Assembly (NCBI GenBank): GCA_902573725.1
Contig: CACGLE010000001.1
Location: forward strand, 11,479-75,478
Direction of reading: 5' to 3'
DNA: 64,000 bases
Source of the DNA: an uncultured SAR116 cluster alpha proteobacterium
Lineage (GTDB): Bacteria > Pseudomonadota > Alphaproteobacteria > Puniceispirillales > Puniceispirillaceae
Below the pieces are notes generated by a model that was not told the DNA's origin, did not search any database, and saw only the letters and a program-made list of their open reading frames with translations. Positions 43,616-52,427 of this stretch are shown here, in pieces. The translations under genes and the position numbers were made by a program. How positions within the stretch are numbered: the stretch's first letter is position 1; the number at the start of each line of letters is the position of its first letter.

Positions 43616-45985
43616 TTATTTTTTTGTCCACCAGCCGCGCTTTTTGGCTACTGGAGCATTGTCTCCAACCTCAGTTACACCTAATTCAATCGAAGCCAAG
43701 GGCTCTCTTCCAGTTGCAGGGCCCTCTGAGGAGATAAAAGATTCAGACTTTTTTTGATTTGTCACGGAGTTCTTTTTCTTACTTACCGTTTTATTGGCTA
43801 ATTTTTTATTACTTGCTTTTTTAACCTTAGGTTTAGGGCGTGTCGATATTTTAGTTTTGTCCTCATTTACGGGTTTTTTTAGTGCAGATTTTGGAGTCAC
43901 TTTCTTCTTTGCTTTTTTTATTTTTGACTTATCATCATTTGGTTCATTGTTGAATTCTGAGGACGGTGCAGTGCCGTGTGTTTTTGCATTTGCAGATGTT
44001 TCTTTTTTGGAACTCATATTCGCTTCATTTTTTTTTGATTTACCACCACGACGTCTGCGAGATTTTGGTCTTGTTTGAGTTTCATTAATTTCCAAATTAG
44101 AGTTTGCAGGGCTTTGTGTTAGTTGCCTTGAGCTTTCTTCAGCATCTAAGTTATTTTCTGTTTCTGAACCATTGGTTATGTTTTGAGAGATAACTGTCTC
44201 ATCTCCCTCACGCCGACGCCTGCGCCTACCGCTGCGACGACCACGTCGTTTTCGTTTTGGCTGGTCACCATTTTCTATATCTTCATCGTTTGAGGGGTAC
44301 GAATGATGGTGAGGTTCTTTGTTCCGTTCGGGTTTATTTTTACCAGAAACTAATTTTTCTTTTGTTTGTATGGGGATATTATCCGCCAATAATTGATATT
44401 CATTTTCAATTAAGGTTGCATCTGCTTTAATAGAGATCTTACAGCCTGCTCTATTTTCAAGTTCGGTTAGAGTCCCCCTTTTTTCATTGAGAATGTAAAT
44501 TGCGATTTCTGTTTGTGTAATGATTGTAAGCTCTTTTGCAGAAATATTGCTAATTTCTTCTTCAAGAATTCGTAAAATTTGGAGGGCAGATGAGTTAACA
44601 GAACGCACTCTGCCGGTACCCTCACAATGGGGGCATGTTTGAGAAATTGATTCAACCAGAGAGGGCCGTAATCGTTGTCTAGACATTTCTAAAAGCCCAA
44701 AATGACTTATGCTGCCTACTTGTATTCTGGCTCTATCATTACGAAGAGCCTCTTTTAATTTTCCCTCAACTAAATGCTGGTTTCTATTTTCTTCCATATC
44801 TATAAAATCGATTACGATAAGTCCCGACAAATCTCGTAATTTCAGTTGTCGTCCAATTTCCTCTGCTGCTTCGACATTTGTTTTGACAGCAGTCTCCTCA
44901 ATATTACGTTCTCTTGTAGCTTTTCCAGAGTTTACATCAATAGCGACAAGAGCCTCTGTCTGATTAAACACTAAATAACCCCCTGATTTTAGGATGACCT
45001 CATTTTGATGAATTTGCTCTAGCTGTTCTTCCACTTCATATTGTTGGAAAAGGTGATTATCACCGATGAATTCGAATACCCTTTTGGCGTGACTTGGTAT
45101 AAGCATTTTCATATGGGTTTTTGCTATTTTGTAGCTATCTCCACCCTCCACATATACTTCTTCGATATCGTTAGTATAAATGTCTCGAATAGCACGTTTA
45201 ACCAAACTACCTTCTTCGTGTATGAGACAGGGAGCCTCTGATTTCATTGTATTGGTTCTAATATCATTCCATAATTTGGTTAAGTAGGTATAATCTCGCT
45301 TTATTTCAGTTTTAGTCCTTTTTGAACCAGCGGTTCTCACAATGACAGCCATTCCTTCAGCTATATCTAATTCGCCAACCACTGATTTCAGTCGTTTTCT
45401 ATCTAAGGGATTACTTATTTTCCGCGAAACTCCTCCACCTCTATTACTGTTAGGCATCAGAACACAATAGCGCCCTGCAAGAGAGAGGTACGTTGTAAGA
45501 GCAGCTCCTTTATTACCACGTTCCTCTTTTACTACTTGAACCAGCAATATTTGTTTTCGAGAAATAACTTCTTGAATTTTATACTTGTGCAAAGGGTTGG
45601 GATTTAACTTCTTTGAAGAAATTGCTAATTCTTCTTCATTGTCGATTGTTTCGAGCAACTCCGTTTTCAAGGAGGTATTTTCCTCCTCTTCGTCGTCCAC
45701 AGACTCTGTTTGTTTCTTTAACGCCTCTCTATCTTCGATAGGTATTCGATAATAATCTGGATGAATTTCACTGAAAGCAAGAAAACCCTGACGATTGCCT
45801 CCATATTCAACAAAAGCAGCTTGTAAAGATGGTTCAACGCGAGTTACACGTGCAAGATAGACATTACCTTTTAGTTGTTTCCGGGCTGTATTTTCATAGT
45901 CAAATTCTTCAATTTTTTGTTCATTTAGAAGGACAACCCGTGTTTCTTCTGGTTGATGGGCATCGATGAGTAGTTTTTTGTTCAT
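43616..45985 (-). CDS. rne: Ribonuclease E
   Basis: The ATG at 45985 gives MNKKLLIDAHQPEETRVVLL. It has an S1 domain with an acidic insert, the Zn-link CPHCEGTGRV, and an Arg-rich segment (KRKRRGRRSGRRRRRR). A Lys-rich tail ends in RGWW. Confidence 0.9.
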   Translation of the reverse strand: MNKKLLIDAHQPEETRVVLLNEQKIEEFDYENTARKQLKGNVYLARVTRVEPSLQAAFVEYGGNRQGFLAFSEIHPDYYRIPIEDREALKKQTESVDDEEEENTSLKTELLETIDNEEELAISSKKLNPNPLHKYKIQEVISRKQILLVQVVKEERGNKGAALTTYLSLAGRYCVLMPNSNRGGGVSRKISNPLDRKRLKSVVGELDIAEGMAVIVRTAGSKRTKTEIKRDYTYLTKLWNDIRTNTMKSEAPCLIHEEGSLVKRAIRDIYTNDIEEVYVEGGDSYKIAKTHMKMLIPSHAKRVFEFIGDNHLFQQYEVEEQLEQIHQNEVILKSGGYLVFNQTEALVAIDVNSGKATRERNIEETAVKTNVEAAEEIGRQLKLRDLSGLIVIDFIDMEENRNQHLVEGKLKEALRNDRARIQVGSISHFGLLEMSRQRLRPSLVESISQTCPHCEGTGRVRSVNSSALQILRILEEEISNISAKELTIITQTEIAIYILNEKRGTLTELENRAGCKISIKADATLIENEYQLLADNIPIQTKEKLVSGKNKPERNKEPHHHSYPSNDEDIENGDQPKRKRRGRRSGRRRRRREGDETVISQNITNGSETENNLDAEESSRQLTQSPANSNLEINETQTRPKSRRRRGGKSKKNEANMSSKKETSANAKTHGTAPSSEFNNEPNDDKSKIKKAKKKVTPKSALKKPVNEDKTKISTRPKPKVKKASNKKLANKTVSKKKNSVTNQKKSESFISSEGPATGREPLASIELGVTEVGDNAPVAKKRGWWTKK

Positions 45986-46514
45986 AAGTATATCTCTCTG
46001 ACATTTGCAAGCTTTGATAGATGCGATTGCAAGACGATTGTTCAATAGATGGTATAGTTCTGTAAGTATTCAGAATGGCACAGATAAGCCTTTGGATTGA
46101 ATTGTTATAATGCTCTATGAGAACAGTATGAAAGTAGAATAAAGGCTCAAATATATTTGTCATTTTTGGTTTCATCATTCTGCAGAATATAAAAAATAAT
46201 AAAGTTGCGAGGTATCAATTTAGCTTATTTTTGTTAAAAAATATCTAAACAAAAAAAGTCTGCCTTATGTGTAACGTTCGCAATACAAAAGGTAATATCA
46301 CATGAAGAGAAAATTAGGAAAAGAAAATTGAGTCACATCTGTTATAAGTATTTTTATCTTGCAAGTTGTTTGTTAATTTAGAGAGGTGAATTAGTCATTA
46401 TATTTAACAATGCAGAAGTTAAAACTTTATAATTTTAATAGAAGTTGGTAACTAATTACCATTATCAAATAATTTTTTATAGAGTTTAATTTTATTCTCT
46501 ACAATGTTTTAATT

Positions 46515-47837
46515 ATGTCTAAAAAACTTTTATTTTTTACAACTATATTCATAAGTTTAATTCTAGGAACTTTATTGTCTGCGAAGGCAGATTTTAAAAA
46601 TAATTATGTTAATTTTCGATTTGGTGAAATATATGAAGTAAAGGGATTGGAGGGGTTTACTGGTTCAGCTACTAGAATTGTTGTTGAAACAAGCATTGCA
46701 CCGGAGAGTCGTATTTTTTTGCTAGAAAACCCCTACAGGCTTGTTATCGATACTGTTAACACTGAATGGAATGTGCCGAATTTGAAACATTCGGGTAGTA
46801 TAACTTTTGGTCCAGTTAGTTCCTATAGATATGGTAAACCTGACTCTAATACAGGTAGATTGGTCTTTGAATTATCAGAACCTGCTGCTCCTGTGGCAGC
46901 ATTTCTTCTACCTCCAGAGGATGCAGGTTATAGGATAGTGGTAGATATTCTCGACAGGGGAGAAACCGCTTTCTCTATAGCTAAAGAGGCGTTAAGGAAA
47001 ACACCTTATCTGGCAAATAACGAGATCGATTTAATTATACAAAATGAAATTTATGATAAAGATTACACCAATGTATCGAACAAGCCAAAAGAAGCCCAAA
47101 GTATACAACTTTCTGGGAAGGTTGTTGAGCTAATATCGCCCTTAAAAAGGCCTAAAAGATGGGTTGTTACAATAGATCCTGGACATGGCGGCAAAGATCC
47201 TGGTGCAATCGGCCTTTCTGGTACAAAAGAGAAGAAAATTACATTTAATGCTTCAAGGCGTTTAGCAGAACACTTAAATAACACTGGGCAGGTTATTGCA
47301 AGACTAACAAGAGAGGATGACAGCTTTATAAAATTAAGAGACAGAATTGCAATTGCACGTAAACATGAAGCGGATTTATTTATTTCTATTCATGCAGACG
47401 CTGCCCCAAATGCGAATGCATACGGGATATCAGTGTTCTCTTTATCAGATAAAGCCTCAGATAAGGAAGCACAATTGATAGCAGAGCGTGAAAATAAGGC
47501 TGATTTGCTTGGGGGACTTGATTTGGCTGCTCAAGATCCACAAGCTGCTAACGCCTTATTGGGAATGTTTCAAAGAGAGTCAATGAATGAATCTACCTAT
47601 CTAGCAAAAGCTATATTAGAACAAGTTCGCTCTTTTCCAGGAGGTGATAAACGTGGGCAGCGGTTTGCTGGTTTTGCAGTATTAAAGTCACCTGACATTC
47701 CATCTGTTTTAATAGAAATGGGTTTTCTAACAAATAAGCAAGATGAAGCCAATTTAAACAAGAATAAGTATATTGATAAGTTAACAAAAAAAATTGCAGA
47801 TGCTATTTTGAAATATCTAAATTCGTCTCAACTATAA
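46515..47837 (+). CDS. amiC: N-acetylmuramoyl-L-alanine amidase (AMIN domain plus Amidase_3)
   Basis: It has a signal peptide, an AMIN-like N-terminal domain, and the catalytic motifs IDPGHGGKDPGA and SIHADA. Confidence 0.85.
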   Translation: MSKKLLFFTTIFISLILGTLLSAKADFKNNYVNFRFGEIYEVKGLEGFTGSATRIVVETSIAPESRIFLLENPYRLVIDTVNTEWNVPNLKHSGSITFGPVSSYRYGKPDSNTGRLVFELSEPAAPVAAFLLPPEDAGYRIVVDILDRGETAFSIAKEALRKTPYLANNEIDLIIQNEIYDKDYTNVSNKPKEAQSIQLSGKVVELISPLKRPKRWVVTIDPGHGGKDPGAIGLSGTKEKKITFNASRRLAEHLNNTGQVIARLTREDDSFIKLRDRIAIARKHEADLFISIHADAAPNANAYGISVFSLSDKASDKEAQLIAERENKADLLGGLDLAAQDPQAANALLGMFQRESMNESTYLAKAILEQVRSFPGGDKRGQRFAGFAVLKSPDIPSVLIEMGFLTNKQDEANLNKNKYIDKLTKKIADAILKYLNSSQL

Positions 47838-47902
47838 TAATTCGAATGGTAAATTTATTAGTTGTCATAAAATTGCCCTAAAAAGAAATTAGTAAAATTA
47901 AA

Positions 47903-50323
47903 ATGAAATTATTTTTTGGAATATTTACGTTTTTCATAATTTGCACTCTTGCAGGTATAGGTGGAATTTTATGGGTGTTTTGGTCTTTTGGGCAGGATTT
48001 ACCTGATTACGCAAAGCTCGCTGATTATGAACCGCCAGTTGTCACACGCATACATGCTGGAGATGGCGCATTATTAGCAGAATATGCAACGGAAAAACGT
48101 TTATTTATGCCGACACAAGCAATGCCGCCAGATCTTATAGCTGCTTTTCTCTCTGCTGAGGATAAGTCATTCTATCAGCATTTTGGTGTGGACTTAAAAG
48201 CATTAAGCCGCGCTATTATAACAAATATCTCCAACGTTGGCTCTGGCAGGAGACCAATTGGTGCCTCTACAATAACTCAACAGGTCGCAAAAAACTTTTT
48301 GCTCACTAATGAGGTGTCAGTCGAACGCAAAATAAAAGAAGCAATCCTTGCTATACGTATAGAACGTGCCCTAGAGAAAGATGATATATTAGCTCTTTAT
48401 TTAAATGATATTTATTTAGGGCTATCAAGTTATGGGGTCGCAGCTGCTGCATTAAATTATTTTGATAAGTCGCTTGACCAACTTCAATTACACGAAATTG
48501 CATATTTAGCAGCTCTTCCTAAGGCACCAAATAATTATCACCCGGTCAATAAAACAAAAGATGCAATTGCTAGGAGAAATTGGGTATTGCAGCAAATGTT
48601 TTTAAATGGCTATATTACCCAAGATGAAAAAGTGTTCGCACAATCTTACGATTTGGGAGTAAGGGAACAAACAGGTTCTGACCTCGCTGAAGCGCCTTAT
48701 TTTACGGAAGATGTAAGGCGCGAACTTATATCCTTGTTTGGCTCTGACATGGTTTATGGTGGAGGCTTGTCAGTAAGAACAACATTAGATCCAACTTTGC
48801 AAGTTTTTGCGCAAAATGCATTGATAAGTGGTCTGGAATCACTAGATAGGCGACAAGGTTGGCGAGGTGCTGTTACACAGATAAACCGATTAGAAAATAT
48901 TGATGAACAACTTTCACAGATTACGATGTCTATGCCGAAAGGACGACATGCCGCTTTGGTTTTAAAAGTTAAACCATTTGAAGCAGAAATTTATGTTGAG
49001 GGTATTAAGGGCATTATTCCATTTGCGCTCGCAAAATGGGCCTATCCTCCACGTAATGAGGCTGGCATGCGTCCCCCAAAGGTAAAATCATTGGAGGAGG
49101 TGCTTAAAGCAGGAGATGTTGTTATTGTGCAGCGACCCGAAGACGCATCAGATTTGATACCAAAGGATTTTATATGGAATCCAGAATACTGGGCATTGGG
49201 TCAGCGCCCACTTGTGGAGGGAGCCATTGTGGTGATGGACCCTCACACAGGAAGATTACTCGCAATGTCAGGTGGGTATAATTTTGATGATTCAGAGTTT
49301 AACAGAGCTAGTCAAGCATATCGTCAGCCAGGCTCGGCGTTTAAGCCCTTTATTTATCTCGCTGCACTTGACGAAGGCTATAGTCCAACTACCCAAATTC
49401 TTGATGCACCACTAGCTGTCGACCAAGGACCAGGACTACCAAAATGGAAGCCATCTAATTATACAAAACGATTTTATGGGCCATCAATTATGAGGGTAGG
49501 AATCGAAAAATCCCGTAATTTGATGACTGCTAGACTAGCAATGTCTATTGGTATGCCAGTAGTGCAAGAGTATGCAAAAAAATTTAATATAAATGCGGAT
49601 CTACCTCCATATCTATCGATGGCTCTAGGAGCTGGTGAAACCACTTTGATTAAAATTACAGCAGCCTACGGTCAATTGGTTAATGGTGGATTAAAAGTGA
49701 GTCCAAGCTTAATTGACAGAGTTCAAGATAGGTATGGTAAAACTATTATGCGACACGACAATCGAAGATGTCAGGATTGTGTTGTGAGTTCAGGTTGGAA
49801 AAAACAAAATGTTCCTATATTGCCTGATGATAGAGAACAACTAACGGATCCTGCATCTGCTTATCAAATTATTACGATGCTTGAGGGGGTAATCAAGAGA
49901 GGTACTGGAAGAAAATTGCAGGAAACTGGATTAGTTCTTGCTGGAAAAACTGGTACAACTAATGATAACACAAATGCGTGGTTTGTAGGTTTTTCCCCAG
50001 ATTTAGTTACAGGTGTTTTTGTTGGATTTGACACACCACGGCCTCTTGGAAAGCGAGAAACGGGTTCCTCTGTTGCGGTTCCAATTTTCAAATCATTCAT
50101 GACAAAGGCGTTATCAAGGGCACCTCAAATTCCCTTTAGACGGCCTGATGGTGTGAACTTATACCCTGTTCACGCAGAAAAGGGTTACCAAGTTAAACTT
50201 TCCGACCCAAATGTAGTAATGGAGGTTTTTAAACCTGGACAGTCTCCTCTAGCATCAAATTTTATTGACCTTCCAGAAGATAGTGTGACCAAGAAAACAA
50301 TCGTTACGCCTGATTTGTATTAG
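47903..50323 (+). CDS. mrcA: Penicillin-binding protein 1A (bifunctional transglycosylase/transpeptidase)
   Basis: It has the GT51 motifs EDKSFYQHFG and RKIKEAILAIRIE. The transpeptidase domain has SAFKPF (SxxK) and KTGTTND. Confidence 0.9.
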   Translation: MKLFFGIFTFFIICTLAGIGGILWVFWSFGQDLPDYAKLADYEPPVVTRIHAGDGALLAEYATEKRLFMPTQAMPPDLIAAFLSAEDKSFYQHFGVDLKALSRAIITNISNVGSGRRPIGASTITQQVAKNFLLTNEVSVERKIKEAILAIRIERALEKDDILALYLNDIYLGLSSYGVAAAALNYFDKSLDQLQLHEIAYLAALPKAPNNYHPVNKTKDAIARRNWVLQQMFLNGYITQDEKVFAQSYDLGVREQTGSDLAEAPYFTEDVRRELISLFGSDMVYGGGLSVRTTLDPTLQVFAQNALISGLESLDRRQGWRGAVTQINRLENIDEQLSQITMSMPKGRHAALVLKVKPFEAEIYVEGIKGIIPFALAKWAYPPRNEAGMRPPKVKSLEEVLKAGDVVIVQRPEDASDLIPKDFIWNPEYWALGQRPLVEGAIVVMDPHTGRLLAMSGGYNFDDSEFNRASQAYRQPGSAFKPFIYLAALDEGYSPTTQILDAPLAVDQGPGLPKWKPSNYTKRFYGPSIMRVGIEKSRNLMTARLAMSIGMPVVQEYAKKFNINADLPPYLSMALGAGETTLIKITAAYGQLVNGGLKVSPSLIDRVQDRYGKTIMRHDNRRCQDCVVSSGWKKQNVPILPDDREQLTDPASAYQIITMLEGVIKRGTGRKLQETGLVLAGKTGTTNDNTNAWFVGFSPDLVTGVFVGFDTPRPLGKRETGSSVAVPIFKSFMTKALSRAPQIPFRRPDGVNLYPVHAEKGYQVKLSDPNVVMEVFKPGQSPLASNFIDLPEDSVTKKTIVTPDLY

Positions 50324-50407
50324 TAATTTCAAGCTTAAGACTATTGCACGTTAATTTTTTTTAATTATCTGGTACTTTTAATCAGAAAGATTTGTTAATA
50401 TTACATT

Positions 50408-51514
50408 ATGCAAACAGAAATACAGCACGCGTTAAATAACATAAAACAATCCATTGAACTTCTAAAAAGACACTTAAATTTAGAAGAAGCGCAAACTAGA
50501 ATCTTGAAGATTGAGGAAACTAGTTCAGCAGTAGGTTTTTGGAATGACCAAAAAAACGCTCAAAATTTAATGCGTGAAAAAACCACACTTGAAAATAAAA
50601 TTCAGAGTATTAACGATTTAGAGAATGGTTTGAATGACCAAGTGGAAATGCTTCAACTTGCAAATGACGAGCAGGATAAAGAATTAATTAGTGAAATAGA
50701 AAAGGCGATTAAAAATCTTTCTGTAGTTGCAGGTAAAAAGCAAATTGAAACGCTTTTGTCTGGCGAAGCAGATAAAAATAATTGTTTTGTTGAAATTCAC
50801 TCCGGTGCAGGTGGTACTGAAGCACAAGACTGGGCTGCAATGCTTTTTCGAATGTATACTAGGTGGGCAGAGCAGAGAGGGTTTAAAGTAGAGGTTATAG
50901 ATGAAACAGATGGAGAAGAGGCTGGGATAAAATCAGCAACAATAAGAATTATTGGGGATTGTAGCTATGGTTGGATGAAAACAGAATCTGGAGTTCATAG
51001 ATTGGTAAGGATCTCTCCATTTGATAGTTCTGCGCGAAGGCATACAAGCTTCTCTAGCATTTGGGTGTATCCAGAAATTGATGATAATATTGAAATAGAC
51101 ATAGAAGAAAAGGATTTGAGAATAGACACATTCAGGGCGTCTGGAGCAGGTGGGCAACATGTAAACACTACAGACTCAGCGATCCGAATTATACATATTC
51201 CAACGAACATAATCGTTCAATGTCAATCAGATAGGTCTCAACATCGTAATAAAGCTACCGCGATGAAAATGTTAAGAGCTAGGTTATATGAAGCTGAACT
51301 TCAGAAAAGAGAAAATGAAGCAACCGAAGGAAATTCTGAAAAAGCAGATAATGGATGGGGGAGTCAGATTAGGTCATATGTTTTGCATCCCTATCAAATG
51401 GTCAAAGATCTTAGAACACAAGTTGAGACTGGAAACACTCAAGCAGTTCTAGATGGGGATATTGACGAATTCATTGAGGCTGGCCTCGCCGCAAAGGTTG
51501 GAATGACAAGATAA
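50408..51514 (+). CDS. prfB: Peptide chain release factor 2 (single uninterrupted ORF)
   Basis: It has the SPF tripeptide (SPFDS) and GGQ (SGAGGQHVN). The N-terminus is contiguous in one frame, with no in-frame TGA at about codon 25. Confidence 0.95.
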   Translation: MQTEIQHALNNIKQSIELLKRHLNLEEAQTRILKIEETSSAVGFWNDQKNAQNLMREKTTLENKIQSINDLENGLNDQVEMLQLANDEQDKELISEIEKAIKNLSVVAGKKQIETLLSGEADKNNCFVEIHSGAGGTEAQDWAAMLFRMYTRWAEQRGFKVEVIDETDGEEAGIKSATIRIIGDCSYGWMKTESGVHRLVRISPFDSSARRHTSFSSIWVYPEIDDNIEIDIEEKDLRIDTFRASGAGGQHVNTTDSAIRIIHIPTNIIVQCQSDRSQHRNKATAMKMLRARLYEAELQKRENEATEGNSEKADNGWGSQIRSYVLHPYQMVKDLRTQVETGNTQAVLDGDIDEFIEAGLAAKVGMTR

Positions 51515-51803
51515 TGTCTATAACTCTTGATATTACAATTGTTTGCAAAAAATCTGGAAAAAATTCTCTTTATTCCAGAGCTTGATTTGAAAAAGGTTGT
51601 TAGCGAGAGTAATCCAATGAGCCTTGATGGCTTTTTAATTTGAAAAGATTGGGTCCTTTAGCTTTCTGCCAAATTAATAATCAAACTAATATTCCCAAAC
51701 CTTAATTTTTCATAATTTGCTCTGATAGTTAGAATTAGATATTTCTTTTAGGCACATTTTGAGTATATGAAAAAAAGATTGTTGCAGATAGCAATTTCTT
51801 ATG

Positions 51804-52265
51804 TTACCCGCCGGCTTGCACTTGCGCTAAAACATCTTCGGCATGACCCGGTATTTTTACTTTTCGCCAAACTTTTGTAATTTTACCATCAGGGTCAATT
51901 AGAAAAGTTGAGCGCTCAATACCCATGTACGATTTTCCATACATTGATTTTTCAACCCAAACACCGAATTGCTTGCAAACGTTTGTCTCATTATCTGCGC
52001 CCAATATACATTCTAGGGAGTGTTTAGCACGAAATTTTGCTTGTTTTGCTGGTGTATCCTTAGATATTCCGATGACGATTGTGTTCGCAGCATCAAACTC
52101 GGCTAACAAGTTTGTGAAGGAGACAGCCTCTTTTGTGCAACCAGATGTGTCTGCTCTCGGGAAAAAGAATATAACCACATTTTTACCCCGATAATCAGAT
52201 AATGTAAAATGTCCACGATCAGTTGCTATGGTAAATTCTTGCACTTTAGATCCAGTTTCCAGCAT
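51804..52265 (-). CDS. bcp: Thiol peroxidase Bcp (peroxiredoxin)
   Basis: It has the peroxidatic Cys context PRADTSGCTKE and is 153 aa. Confidence 0.9.
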   Translation of the reverse strand: MLETGSKVQEFTIATDRGHFTLSDYRGKNVVIFFFPRADTSGCTKEAVSFTNLLAEFDAANTIVIGISKDTPAKQAKFRAKHSLECILGADNETNVCKQFGVWVEKSMYGKSYMGIERSTFLIDPDGKITKVWRKVKIPGHAEDVLAQVQAGG

Positions 52266-52427
52266 CGGTACTTGCTCCGTGACAGTAATATTGTTTTACT
52301 AATATAGTGATTATAGCAGACTCGATCAAATATCCAGCAGATTAATTCAAGCTATGGCAGAAACAATCACTTTGTATTATATCAATATTAATATTTTATA
52401 TTATATTCATGAGCTGATAGGCAACCA

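Noticed and set aside
51515-51803. A 289-nt gap after prfB, considered as a possible sRNA or small-protein locus. It contains a 23-codon ATG ORF at 51515 and a CTGGAA-N13-TTCCAG stem.
   Set aside because: There is no ribosome-binding site, no convincing terminator (a weak stem with no T-run), and no recognisable RNA-family signature. I cannot support any call from the sequence alone.
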